The notes under the pieces: model-generated
Told to the model about the DNA's origin: nothing
The model's input: the letters and a program-made list of their open reading frames with translations, nothing else
Databases searched by the model: none
In this document: positions 1 to 8,231 of the stretch, piece after piece
Layout of the letters: each line of letters begins with the position of its first letter
How positions within the stretch are numbered: the first letter of the stretch is position 1
Position numbers and translations under genes: made by a program
DNA from: an uncultured Erysipelotrichaceae bacterium
GTDB lineage: Bacteria; Bacillota_I; Bacilli_A; Erysipelotrichales; Erysipelotrichaceae
NCBI GenBank assembly: GCA_964457525.1
Contig: CAYWGS010000044.1
Location: 1-11,989 of the forward strand
DNA: 11,989 bases
Direction of reading: 5' to 3'

Positions 1-1
1 G

Positions 2-934
2 TGTAAGAACGAGAATAATACAGCTTGTGGGAATATTGGTTTAGCGATGAGTGAAGTTGTCTATCAAAAAGGGAATATTGAGTTGGATTGTGCATTAGAA
101 ATTGCGGCTTTTCAATTGTTGGGTTGCGAGACATTTAAACCAAAGATTAGTACAATTCTTAATTTAGCTCCAGATCATCTTGATGTATTTAGTGATGCGA
201 GCGAATATTACGATGCGAAGTGCAGAGTATTTATGAATCAAGATGAAAATGATGTTTACTTACGTAATATTGATGATGAAAATATAATTAGATTAACGAA
301 GAATGTTAAAGCTAAATGTTATAACTTTTCATTAAAGGGTAATGCGGACATTTATGTTAAAGATCAGTTGGTCTATTTCCAAGATATCGTTTTGTTTGAT
401 GCATCAAAATTAAAGGTTGTTGGAATGCACAATGTAAGTAATGCGATGGTTGCGGCATCCATGGCTTATTTAATGGGTGTATCGGTTGATTTGATTCGTG
501 ATTCGATTGAAAACTTTGTAGGCGTTGAACATCGCTTAGAATATATCAGAACACTTAATGGGATCGATTTCTTTAATGATTCCAAAGCAACAACAGCGGA
601 ATCTACAGTTGTAGCACTCGAGGCGTTTGATCAACCGGTTATTTTATTAGCAGGTGGATATGATAAGAAAACAGGGTTTGAAGCTTTACGTCCATATTTA
701 TCAAAAGTTAAAATGCTTATTGCATTTGGTGATACGAAGGAACAATTCAAGCAATTATATCCAGAAACTCAATGTGTCGATGATATGGTTATGGCGCTTG
801 ATTTAGCGTATAAACAAGCACGTTCAGGAGATAAAATAATACTTTCACCTGCTTGTGCAAGTTATGATCAGTTTGATAATTATGAACAAAGGGGTCGTTT
901 ATTTAAAGAGTCTGTAAACTCATTAAAAGAATAA
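2..934 (+). CDS. murD: UDP-N-acetylmuramoylalanine--D-glutamate ligase (MurD), 5'-truncated by the window edge
   Basis: The frame of the 47..934 ORF stays open back to nt 2 (CKNENNTACGNIGLAMSEV...), so the ATG at 47 is internal. Mur-ligase motifs are present: GNIG, NLAPDHLD, VEHRLE, FFNDSKATT, LLAGGYDK, and the C-terminal ILSPACASYDQFDNYEQRGRLF. Stop is TAA at 932-934. Confidence 0.85.
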   Translation, partial: CKNENNTACGNIGLAMSEVVYQKGNIELDCALEIAAFQLLGCETFKPKISTILNLAPDHLDVFSDASEYYDAKCRVFMNQDENDVYLRNIDDENIIRLTKNVKAKCYNFSLKGNADIYVKDQLVYFQDIVLFDASKLKVVGMHNVSNAMVAASMAYLMGVSVDLIRDSIENFVGVEHRLEYIRTLNGIDFFNDSKATTAESTVVALEAFDQPVILLAGGYDKKTGFEALRPYLSKVKMLIAFGDTKEQFKQLYPETQCVDDMVMALDLAYKQARSGDKIILSPACASYDQFDNYEQRGRLFKESVNSLKE

Positions 935-945
935 CTTTAATTCAT

Positions 946-954
946 TGGTATAAT
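946..954 (+). promoter_or_regulatory. Candidate extended -10 promoter (TGgTATAAT) for the ComN-like/secDF unit
   Basis: TG at 946-947 and TATAAT at 949-954 lie in the murD/ComN-like gap. There is no good -35. The SD AAGGTGA (976-982) precedes the ATG at 987. No terminator follows murD, so read-through is also possible. Confidence 0.45.
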
Positions 955-986
955 GTTTTATAATAATACAGCAGTAAGGTGAAACT

Positions 987-1274
987 ATGAACGACTTTTT
1001 TTTAATGACTGAAGAAATAGAATTAACAATCTCGTTAAAACTTGGTATGATTCAAAAGAATAGTTTACCAAATCTAAGTTATGAGCAATTAAAACAGGCT
1101 TTGATGGCGATGAGATGGAAAGCAGGGATGCCTGCAAAATTACATGATATTATAAATGATATTATGTCGATTAATGAAGATGAAATTGTAGCTTATTTAG
1201 CTAAAAAGGCCGTAATTGATGGTCGGAAAAAATCATTGGCAGATTTTGCTTATATGGTTGGAGGGAATGAATGA
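987..1274 (+). CDS. Small ComN/YrzD-like protein (post-transcriptional regulator family), 95 aa
   Basis: A good SD lies 5 nt upstream. The pattern LSYEQLKQALMAMRWK...PAKLHDIINDIMSINEDEIVAYL resembles my recollection of the B. subtilis ComN (YrzD) family. My recollection is that comN lies close to secDF in B. subtilis. The stop overlaps the secDF start (ATGA at 1271-1274). Assignment is from memory of the family, not a search. Confidence 0.45.
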   Translation: MNDFFLMTEEIELTISLKLGMIQKNSLPNLSYEQLKQALMAMRWKAGMPAKLHDIINDIMSINEDEIVAYLAKKAVIDGRKKSLADFAYMVGGNE

Positions 1275-3550
1275 AAAAGAATAGTCGATTAATTATATTT
1301 GGATTAACCGTACTTGTATTATTGGCGATAGTAATTGGTTTTTATCCAAATATTCAAAAGGGTATGACCCTTGGCCTTGATCTTCAAGGTGGATTTGAAA
1401 TTGTCTATGAAGTTAGTCCTTTAAAAGATGGGGCTAGTTTACCGGATATGGGTGCTATTACGCAGAGTATTAGTAAACGTATTGACGTCTTAGGGGTAAA
1501 TGAACCTGATATTTCTACTGAAGGGGATAACCGTGTTCGTATTCAATTAGCTGGAGTTAAAGATCAAGCAGAAGCGCGTGAAATTATTTCAACGACTGCA
1601 AATTTAACATTTAGAGATGTGAATGATAATTTATTAGCGGATGCGGATATTTTAACTGAAGGTGGTGCTTCTTTAGGCTATGAAAATGGATTTGTTGTGG
1701 TTACTCTAAAGATTAATGACACAGATAAATTTTATGAATTAACTAAGAAAGTATCTGAAATGCCAACTGGCAATAATATTATTGTCACATGGTTGGACTT
1801 TGAAGAAGGTGTTGATTCCTATAAAGCTGAAGTTGGCAAAGAAGCTCCAAAGTATATCTCTGCAGCAAGTGTTAACCAAGGTATTAACGGGGATGCGATC
1901 ATCAAAGGTTCTTTCACGGATGAAGAAGCTCGTCAATTAGCGAACTTAATTAACTCTGGATCTTTACCAGTTAAGATGACTGAGATTTATTCCAATGTTG
2001 TTAGTGCTGAATTTGGATTAAATGCTTTCTCTGTTACTGTGCTTGCAGGTTTATTAGGTGTGCTTGGTGTAGCCATATTTATGATTCTTGTTTATCGTTT
2101 ACCAGGTATTGTATCCGCTTTAATGCTTGTACTTTATATCTTTGTAACGATGTTAATCTATAACTCTATGGGTGGTGTATTTACATTACCAGGTATTGCG
2201 GCTCTTGTATTAGGGGTTGGTATGACCGTGGATGCGAATATTATTACCTTTGAGCGTATTAAAGATGAATTGTTATTAGGACGTTCACTAAAAACAGCTT
2301 TTGATGAAGGTCATCACTTAGCTTGGCGTACAATTTTCGATTCTCAATTTACAACCTTTATTGCGGCATTCTTAATGTACATGTATGGTACAGGTGCAGT
2401 TAAGGGTTTTGCGACCATGTTAATGGTCACGATCTTCTCGACATTAATGATTAATGTATTCTTCGTTAAATTCTTGTTAGGTTTATTGGTTAAGTCTGGT
2501 AAATTTGATGATAAGAAGACTTACTTTGGTGTTAAGAATGAACATATTCCTGATGTAAGTAAGGGTGAAGAAAAGAGATATTTTGGCTGGTTTGTTGGTG
2601 TTGATTTTGTTAAAATTTCTAAAGGATTCATACTTGGTAGTGCTGCGATTCTAATGGCTGGCTTAATTTTCGGTATTGTAAATTTTGCCCAAGGTAATGG
2701 TTTCTTGAATCTTGGTATTGACTTCACATCAGGATCTAAATTAACCATTAACTCTATGGTTCCTATTGAAGAACAAAAGTTAATCGAAGATTTAAATGAA
2801 GTTGGTTTAACTCAATTTAAAGTTCAACTATCGGGTGATAAGGTTGCCTATGTCACTACGGGTGAGATACTTGATCGTACTGAAATTGATACAATCGGTC
2901 AATCGATGTTAACAAAGTATGGCTTAGAAATGAATGATAGCGTTGTTACTCCGGTGGTTGGTAATGAATTGATTCGTAATGCATTGATTCTTTCATTACT
3001 TGCATGGGTATTCATTCTATTGTTTATTACTGTTCGATTTGAATTTGACTATGCGTTCTCAACGATTTTAGCCCTTGTTCATGACATCTTAATCGTGTTC
3101 GCGGTGTTTGCAATATTCCGTTTAGAGTTCAACGTAGAACTCATTGCGGTTATCTTAGCGATTATTGGTTACTCAGTTGACGACTCGATTGTTATCTTTG
3201 ACCGTATTCGTGAAAATGTTAATGCTTTAGGTACTAAACATGTGTCTAAGGAAGCGTATAAGAAGATTGTTAATGAATCTCTACAAGCAACTGCTCAACG
3301 TTCGATGTATAACACCATCACAACTTTAGTTCCAATTGTATTCTTGATTGGATTAGGTTCTAGAGCGATCTTTAACTTTAACTTTGCGATGTTAATTGGA
3401 TTAATTTCGGGTGCTTATTCTTCGATTTTCATTGCGGCTCAATTCTGGTACTGGGTTCGAATTAATCGTAAACCTAAAGTAGTAAAAGCTAAACCAAAGA
3501 AAAAGAGTAATGAACCTGAAGAAATGGTTATAATTGGTATAAATGACTAA
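1271..3550 (+). CDS. secDF: Fused protein-export membrane protein SecDF, 759 aa
   Basis: SD GGAGGG (1260-1265) lies 5 nt before the ATG. There is an N-terminal TM segment (LIIFGLTVLVLLAIVIGF) and the SecD signature LGLDLQGG. Two multi-TM blocks carry TVDANIITFERIKDE (SecD half) and GYSVDDSIVIFDRIREN (SecF half). Single-polypeptide SecDF is typical of Bacillus-type Firmicutes. Confidence 0.92.
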   Translation: MKKNSRLIIFGLTVLVLLAIVIGFYPNIQKGMTLGLDLQGGFEIVYEVSPLKDGASLPDMGAITQSISKRIDVLGVNEPDISTEGDNRVRIQLAGVKDQAEAREIISTTANLTFRDVNDNLLADADILTEGGASLGYENGFVVVTLKINDTDKFYELTKKVSEMPTGNNIIVTWLDFEEGVDSYKAEVGKEAPKYISAASVNQGINGDAIIKGSFTDEEARQLANLINSGSLPVKMTEIYSNVVSAEFGLNAFSVTVLAGLLGVLGVAIFMILVYRLPGIVSALMLVLYIFVTMLIYNSMGGVFTLPGIAALVLGVGMTVDANIITFERIKDELLLGRSLKTAFDEGHHLAWRTIFDSQFTTFIAAFLMYMYGTGAVKGFATMLMVTIFSTLMINVFFVKFLLGLLVKSGKFDDKKTYFGVKNEHIPDVSKGEEKRYFGWFVGVDFVKISKGFILGSAAILMAGLIFGIVNFAQGNGFLNLGIDFTSGSKLTINSMVPIEEQKLIEDLNEVGLTQFKVQLSGDKVAYVTTGEILDRTEIDTIGQSMLTKYGLEMNDSVVTPVVGNELIRNALILSLLAWVFILLFITVRFEFDYAFSTILALVHDILIVFAVFAIFRLEFNVELIAVILAIIGYSVDDSIVIFDRIRENVNALGTKHVSKEAYKKIVNESLQATAQRSMYNTITTLVPIVFLIGLGSRAIFNFNFAMLIGLISGAYSSIFIAAQFWYWVRINRKPKVVKAKPKKKSNEPEEMVIIGIND

Positions 3551-3574
3551 GAGTGGAATATTTCTACTCTTTTT
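3551..3574 (+). terminator. Rho-independent terminator after secDF
   Basis: GAGTGGA (3551-3557) pairs with TCTACTC (3563-3569): 7 bp including one G-T, with a 5-nt loop, followed by TTTTT (3570-3574). It starts immediately after the secDF stop. Confidence 0.7.
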
Positions 3575-3592
3575 ATATGTTAAACTTATTCT

Positions 3593-5140
3593 ATGTTAAA
3601 TCAAAATTCACTAATCCAAGCTATTACAGACTTCAATGCGTTAAATGAACATCAAATTGAACAGTTCTATAAACCCATTAATTTTAAAGTCTCTAAACAC
3701 AAACTATTTAAACAAGCAGTAGATCTAATTAATTTATCCATTCAGAAAAATCATAAGATTATTATCTGTGGTGATTATGATGCGGATGGTATTTGTTCCA
3801 CTACGATACTTTATCGTACGTTAAAGAAATTAAATGCGAATGTTGGATACTATATACCAAATCGATTCAAAGAAGGATATGGTTTAAACGATAATACCGT
3901 TCGTTTAGCGCTTGATAAAGGTTATGACCTATTTATTATGGTTGATAATGGAGTTAGTGCTGATTCGTCTTTAAAATTGATTAAAGAAGCAAATAAGACA
4001 TCCATTATCCTTGATCATCACAGTTATGAAGGTGAAGTTATATGTGATTGTTTAGTCCATCCAAATTTATTAGATGAAGATTATCATGATATGTGTGGGA
4101 GTGGATTGGCGTATAACTTATCTGAACAATTAATGGGTTATGATGCGTTTAATGTTAGTCTAGCTGCGATTGCGACGATAGCGGATCTAATGCCTTTGTG
4201 GGGGTTTAATCGAGCTTGTGTTATTCAAGGATTAAAAGAGATTAATAATCATCAAACACCTGTATTATTGAATTTACTTAATGAGAAATCGAACTATAAC
4301 GAAACGGATATAGCATTTCAATTGGTTCCAAAATTAAATGCTGTAGGTAGGTTAGCCGATATTATTGATGTTAATCAGGTTGTTAAGTACTTATGTTTAG
4401 ATAATACGAGTTCAATTGATGCTTTTTCAAAAGAGATGATTAAGATTAATGATCTACGAAAAGAGATTAATCAAAAGATGTATGTTAAAGCATTAGAATT
4501 AATTGATGAATCAGAGGTAAGTGTTCTTTATGATGAATCATTCCATGAAGGAATTGTAGGTATAACAGCTGGACGCTTAGCATCAGAGCTCAAGAAACCC
4601 GTATTTGTATTGAATCGTGAAGGTAATCGTTTGAAGGGAAGTGCACGTTCTTTTGGATCGATTGATTTGAGAATGCTTGTACAACCCGCTTTACCGCTTT
4701 TAAATCGCTTTGGTGGACATGCGCAAGCTGCAGGTCTTGAGTTAGATATCGAAAATGTGGAAGAGTTTAAACAATTAATAAATCAAAATAAAGAAGCGCT
4801 TGTCCAATTAGGGGATAATACACATTATCTAGAAATTAAACCTGAATGGTTAAGTATTCAAGTATTCGATGAATTATATCAGTATGGACCTTTTGGACAA
4901 GGAATTGAAATACCTTCATTTAGATTTAATGATTATTTAATTAAGAGTAATCGATTAATTCGAGGTGGTATTAGTTTTGAAATCATGATTTTTGGTTCAG
5001 TTTTAAGTGCAGTTTATTTCCAAAATCAGTTAGATGAACGATTGATTAAATCCGATTTCAATAGCTTTATTGGTAGAATAACATTGGATGAATTTAGAGG
5101 AGTAAGAAAGTTAAAGATCTTAATTGAAAGCTTTGAATAA
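3593..5140 (+). CDS. recJ: Single-stranded-DNA-specific exonuclease RecJ (DHH family), 515 aa
   Basis: DHH-family motifs are present: IIICGDYDADGICST, IMVDNG, ILDHHS, and DHHA1-type FGGHAQAAG. An in-frame stop at 3581-3583 forbids any upstream start, and ATG 3593 is the only start codon for >100 codons. No SD is visible. Confidence 0.88.
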   Translation: MLNQNSLIQAITDFNALNEHQIEQFYKPINFKVSKHKLFKQAVDLINLSIQKNHKIIICGDYDADGICSTTILYRTLKKLNANVGYYIPNRFKEGYGLNDNTVRLALDKGYDLFIMVDNGVSADSSLKLIKEANKTSIILDHHSYEGEVICDCLVHPNLLDEDYHDMCGSGLAYNLSEQLMGYDAFNVSLAAIATIADLMPLWGFNRACVIQGLKEINNHQTPVLLNLLNEKSNYNETDIAFQLVPKLNAVGRLADIIDVNQVVKYLCLDNTSSIDAFSKEMIKINDLRKEINQKMYVKALELIDESEVSVLYDESFHEGIVGITAGRLASELKKPVFVLNREGNRLKGSARSFGSIDLRMLVQPALPLLNRFGGHAQAAGLELDIENVEEFKQLINQNKEALVQLGDNTHYLEIKPEWLSIQVFDELYQYGPFGQGIEIPSFRFNDYLIKSNRLIRGGISFEIMIFGSVLSAVYFQNQLDERLIKSDFNSFIGRITLDEFRGVRKLKILIESFE

Positions 5141-5164
5141 GATTGTTTAACCACTCAGTCTTTC

Positions 5165-5192
5165 TTGTAATTTGAATTGGTTTTGTTATAAT
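5165..5192 (+). promoter_or_regulatory. Sigma-A-type promoter for apt (and probably rel)
   Basis: The -35 TTGTAA (5165-5170) is separated by a 16-nt spacer from the extended -10 TGtTATAAT (5184-5192). SD AGGAGA (5204-5209) precedes ATG 5215. Confidence 0.6.
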
Positions 5193-5214
5193 TAACCTGT
5201 TATAGGAGATAGCT

Positions 5215-5730
5215 ATGGATTATAAAAAATATATTGCGGATATTCAAGATTTTCCCATTGAAGGGATATTATTTAGAGACATCACACCATTAATGGGTGA
5301 TGGTGAAGCATTTCATCAAGCAACACATGAAATTGTTCAATTTGCGCGTGAAGTGGATGCAGAAATCGTTGTTGGACCTGAATCAAGAGGCTTTATTTTT
5401 GGTTGTCCAGTTGCTTTCGAATTAAATATTGGATTTGTTCCAGTTCGTAAACCAGGGAAGTTACCTCGTGAAACTGTAAGTTTTAGTTATGCCTTGGAAT
5501 ATGGTAAAAATGAATTACATGTTCACAAGGATAGCATCAAGAAAGGTCAACGCGTTTTAATCGTTGATGATTTACTTGCGACGGGTGGTACTGTTGAAAC
5601 AACAATCCGCTTAGTGGAACAACTTGGTGGTGAAGTGGTTGGCTGTGCATTCTTAATTGAACTTAATGCATTAAAGGGACGTGACGTTCTAAAGAATTAT
5701 CCTGTCTTTACACTCGTGAATTATGATTAA
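5215..5730 (+). CDS. apt: Adenine phosphoribosyltransferase, 171 aa
   Basis: It has the PRPP-binding loop [13 protein letters not shown], the motif FRDITPL, and a typical length. Position between recJ and rel matches Bacillus. Confidence 0.92.
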   Translation: MDYKKYIADIQDFPIEGILFRDITPLMGDGEAFHQATHEIVQFAREVDAEIVVGPESRGFIFGCPVAFELNIGFVPVRKPGKLPRETVSFSYALEYGKNELHVHKDSIKKGQRVLIVDDLLATGGTVETTIRLVEQLGGEVVGCAFLIELNALKGRDVLKNYPVFTLVNYD

Positions 5731-5753
5731 TCGAAGACATGTCTTCGATTTTT
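5731..5753 (+). terminator. Rho-independent terminator after apt
   Basis: A perfect 18-nt palindrome TCGAAGACATGTCTTCGA (5731-5748; 7-bp stem, CATG loop) is followed by TTTTT (5749-5753). Confidence 0.75.
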
Positions 5754-5767
5754 AAAAGAAGAAAACA

Positions 5768-7969
5768 ATGCAAGGCAAAAAACAAGATGTAACGATACAA
5801 GCTATACTTGATCAGGTTAAAACCTATTATCCAGATCAAGAATCTCTCGATTTAATTAATCGAGCTTTTCTCTATGCACAAGAGAAGCATAAAGATCAGT
5901 ATCGTAAGAGTGGTGAACCATACATCATACACTTGTTAAATGTAGCGTATATCCTTTCAGATTTAAAACTTGGACCAAAAGCGATTGCGGCAGGTTTATT
6001 ACATGATGTTATCGAAGATTGTGGTGTTACTCATGATGAAATGGTTAAGGAATTCGATGAGGAGATTACAACCTTAGTTGAGAGTGTCACCAAGATTGGT
6101 AATATCGAGTTTAAAGATGAAAAAGAATATATGGCTGTTAATCATCGTAAGATTTTTATTGCGATGGCTAAAGATATTCGAGTAATCTTGATTAAGCTTG
6201 TAGACCGTCTTCATAATATGCGTACGCTTCAATATATGTCTGAAATAAAGCAGAAAAAGATTGCGGCAGAAACATTGGATGTTTATGCTCCAATTGCGCA
6301 TCGTTTAGGGATTAGTGAAATAAAAAATGAATTAGAAGATTTAAGTTTTTATTATCTATACCCAGATAAATACTATGAGATTGCACATCTTGTAGAAATT
6401 AGAAAAGCTGAACGTGATCGTCAGGTTATGACGATGATTAAAGATATTACGGAATTATTAACCAAGAATGGTTTAAAGTTTAGAATATTCGGTCGTTCAA
6501 AACACTTATATAGCATTTATAAGAAAATGACGACGAAGAATAAACGCTTTGATGAAATATTAGATTTACATGCCATCAGAATAGTAACTTCAGATGATGT
6601 AAGTTGTTATGAAGTATTGGGTTATATTCATGCGAAATATAGACCGATTCCAGGACGATTAAAAGATTATATTGCGATGCCTAAAATGAATATGTATCAG
6701 TCTTTACATACCACAATTGTGGGTGAAGAGGGTAGTATTTATGAGGTACAGATTCGTACAGAAGAGATGGATGCGATTGCGGAAAAAGGGGTCGCAGCTC
6801 ATTGGCGATATAAAGAAGGAAGTAAGTATAATCAAGAAAAAGCTCAGAGAGAAATCGAAGAGAGACTATCTTGGTTTAAGGATTTTGGAGCATTAACTCA
6901 AGAGAGTAAAGATGCGGATGAATACATGGATATTCTAACGCACGATGTTTTTGAGGCGAATGTTTATGTCATGTCTCCAAAAGGGAGAGTTATTGACTTG
7001 ATAAATGGCGCAACTCCACTTGATTTTGCGTACCGTATTCATACTGAAATTGGACATTCTACAGTAGGTGCTATCGTTAATAATGTCTTAGTCCCACTCA
7101 ATACTCCACTCAAAACTGGGGATGTTGTTTCCATTCGTACTTCTAAACAATCCAATGGACCATCAGAAGATTGGTTGAAGATTGTTAAAACAGCTCATGC
7201 GAAGAGTAAAATCCGTAATTTCTTGCAGAAGAAAGAAATGGATGATCGATCAGAAACGATTGAAAAGGGTGAACATCTTTTTAGGGAAGAATGTAAACGC
7301 CGTGAGATTGATGATAAAGAATTAATTGGCAGTAAGCGTTTAGAAAGTGTATTCCAATATTTCGCGATTAATAACATCAACGATTTTTATTACGCCATTG
7401 CGGTAAAATCACTCGCGATGCCTGCTGTTTTTGAAAAACTCAACATTCAACAAAGAAAAGGTATTCTTGATAACTTTAATTTAGAAAGAATGTTTAAGAG
7501 TAATCAATCCAAGAAAACAATATCTAAATCAGGTATTCGCGTTTCTGGTGTGGATTCAATGATGATTAGTTTAGCGGGATGTTGCTCACCTGTGCCTGGA
7601 GATCCAATTGTTGGTTTTATTACAAAGGGTCAAGGAGTTAAGGTTCATCGTACCGATTGTATTAACGTTAAAAATGAAACTAAACGTTTAATTACGGTTG
7701 AATGGGATGAAGAGCGTAAAGAAGGTAAGTATGAAGTAAAACTTTATATTCTTGCACAAGATCGATCATTCTTGATTTCGGATATAGTAACAATCATCAA
7801 CCAATGTAAAGCAGGTTTAGTTGCGGTTAATTCTACAGTAAATGAAGATAAGATTACCGCTTCTACCTATTTAACGGTTGTTGTGACGGATGCGGATCAT
7901 TTACAAATTGTTATGGCTAACTTAAGAAAAATAGAAAATGTATTTGAAGTACATCGTGCTCAATCTTAG
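5768..7969 (+). CDS. rel: Bifunctional (p)ppGpp synthetase/hydrolase Rel (RSH long form), 733 aa
   Basis: The HD hydrolase domain shows HLLNVAYIL...LHDVIEDC. Synthetase motifs are GRSKHLYSIYKKM, DLHAIRIV, YQSLHTTI and EVQIRTEEMD. A TGS region (VYVMSPKGRVIDLINGATPLDFAYRIHTEIGH) and an ACT-like C-terminus (KLYILAQDRSFLISDIVTIIN) are present. An in-frame stop at 5753-5755 fixes the start at 5768. Confidence 0.93.
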   Translation: MQGKKQDVTIQAILDQVKTYYPDQESLDLINRAFLYAQEKHKDQYRKSGEPYIIHLLNVAYILSDLKLGPKAIAAGLLHDVIEDCGVTHDEMVKEFDEEITTLVESVTKIGNIEFKDEKEYMAVNHRKIFIAMAKDIRVILIKLVDRLHNMRTLQYMSEIKQKKIAAETLDVYAPIAHRLGISEIKNELEDLSFYYLYPDKYYEIAHLVEIRKAERDRQVMTMIKDITELLTKNGLKFRIFGRSKHLYSIYKKMTTKNKRFDEILDLHAIRIVTSDDVSCYEVLGYIHAKYRPIPGRLKDYIAMPKMNMYQSLHTTIVGEEGSIYEVQIRTEEMDAIAEKGVAAHWRYKEGSKYNQEKAQREIEERLSWFKDFGALTQESKDADEYMDILTHDVFEANVYVMSPKGRVIDLINGATPLDFAYRIHTEIGHSTVGAIVNNVLVPLNTPLKTGDVVSIRTSKQSNGPSEDWLKIVKTAHAKSKIRNFLQKKEMDDRSETIEKGEHLFREECKRREIDDKELIGSKRLESVFQYFAINNINDFYYAIAVKSLAMPAVFEKLNIQQRKGILDNFNLERMFKSNQSKKTISKSGIRVSGVDSMMISLAGCCSPVPGDPIVGFITKGQGVKVHRTDCINVKNETKRLITVEWDEERKEGKYEVKLYILAQDRSFLISDIVTIINQCKAGLVAVNSTVNEDKITASTYLTVVVTDADHLQIVMANLRKIENVFEVHRAQS

Positions 7970-7998
7970 TTGTTGAGTTGATTGTTTTGTGATAAAAT
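7970..7998 (+). promoter_or_regulatory. Candidate promoter of the hisS-aspS operon
   Basis: The -35 TTGTTG (7970-7975) is separated by a 17-nt spacer from the extended -10 TGaTAAAAT (7990-7998). It lies directly after the rel stop (TAG 7967-7969), with no terminator between rel and this promoter. Confidence 0.5.
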
Positions 7999-8010
7999 TG
8001 AATAAATTCA

Positions 8011-8215
8011 TTGATTAGGAGATTTATTGCCTTTATTTTGTAGAGAGGAACGAAGTGGTGAAAGTTCTATTTGGGGTTATAAATGGACACCTAGGAGAAG
8101 CTAACTTGAACTTAGTAGAGTTAGACGGGCTGCCGTTATCCAGTTGAGTGTGTATTTCGATACAAATTAAGGTGGTACCACGTGAAAGCGTCCTTATGTA
8201 GGAGGCTTTTTTTAT
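8011..8215 (+). promoter_or_regulatory. T-box riboswitch leader (tRNA-sensing transcription attenuator) of hisS-aspS
   Basis: Stem I: TAGG 8016-8019 pairs with CCTA 8090-8093, and TTTAT 8023-8027 pairs with ATAAA 8079-8083. AG bulge AGAGAG is at 8042-8047. The distal loop contains GGTGAAA (8057-8063), closed by GAAC/GTTC. AGTA is at 8114-8117 and the F-box CCGTTA at 8133-8138. The T-box sequence AAGGTGGTACCACG (8169-8182) carries the 7-nt bulge TGGTACC (8173-8179). Antiterminator helices are 8169-8172/8192-8195 and 8180-8183/8188-8191 around a GAAA loop. The competing terminator is listed separately. Confidence 0.9.
8185..8213 (+). terminator. T-box attenuator terminator
   Basis: AAAGCGTCCT (8185-8194) pairs with AGGAGGCTTT (8200-8209): 9 bp of 10, with one G-G mismatch, in a T7 run (8207-8213). 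Its 5' arm overlaps the 3' arm of the antiterminator. GGAGG (8221-8225) and the hisS ATG 8232 follow. Confidence 0.8.
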
Positions 8216-8231
8216 TTAAAGGAGGAATAAA

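Noticed and set aside
47-49. ATG at 47 offered by the ORF track as the murD start
   Set aside because: The frame is open to nt 2. The upstream residues (ACGNIGLA) are part of the conserved Mur-ligase core, and the N-terminal Rossmann/P-loop domain is missing. The gene is simply cut by the window edge.
1739-1936. 65-aa minus-strand ORF
   Set aside because: It lies entirely antisense within secDF, has no SD or promoter, and has low-complexity composition typical of AT-rich antisense frames.
2521-2748. 75-aa minus-strand ORF
   Set aside because: It is antisense within the SecD-SecF linker region of secDF, with no independent signals.
5731-5748. Perfect 18-bp palindrome TCGAAGACATGTCTTCGA as a repressor operator
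   Set aside because: It lies immediately after a stop codon and is followed by T5. The intrinsic-terminator reading is simpler, and no promoter overlaps it.
6074-6301. 75-aa minus-strand ORF
   Set aside because: It is antisense within the rel hydrolase domain and is spurious.
7195-7380. 61-aa minus-strand ORF
   Set aside because: It is antisense within rel and is spurious.
8136-8144. DnaA-box-like TTATCCAGT
   Set aside because: It is a single 7/9 match that is part of the T-box F-box/stem region. There is no cluster of boxes.
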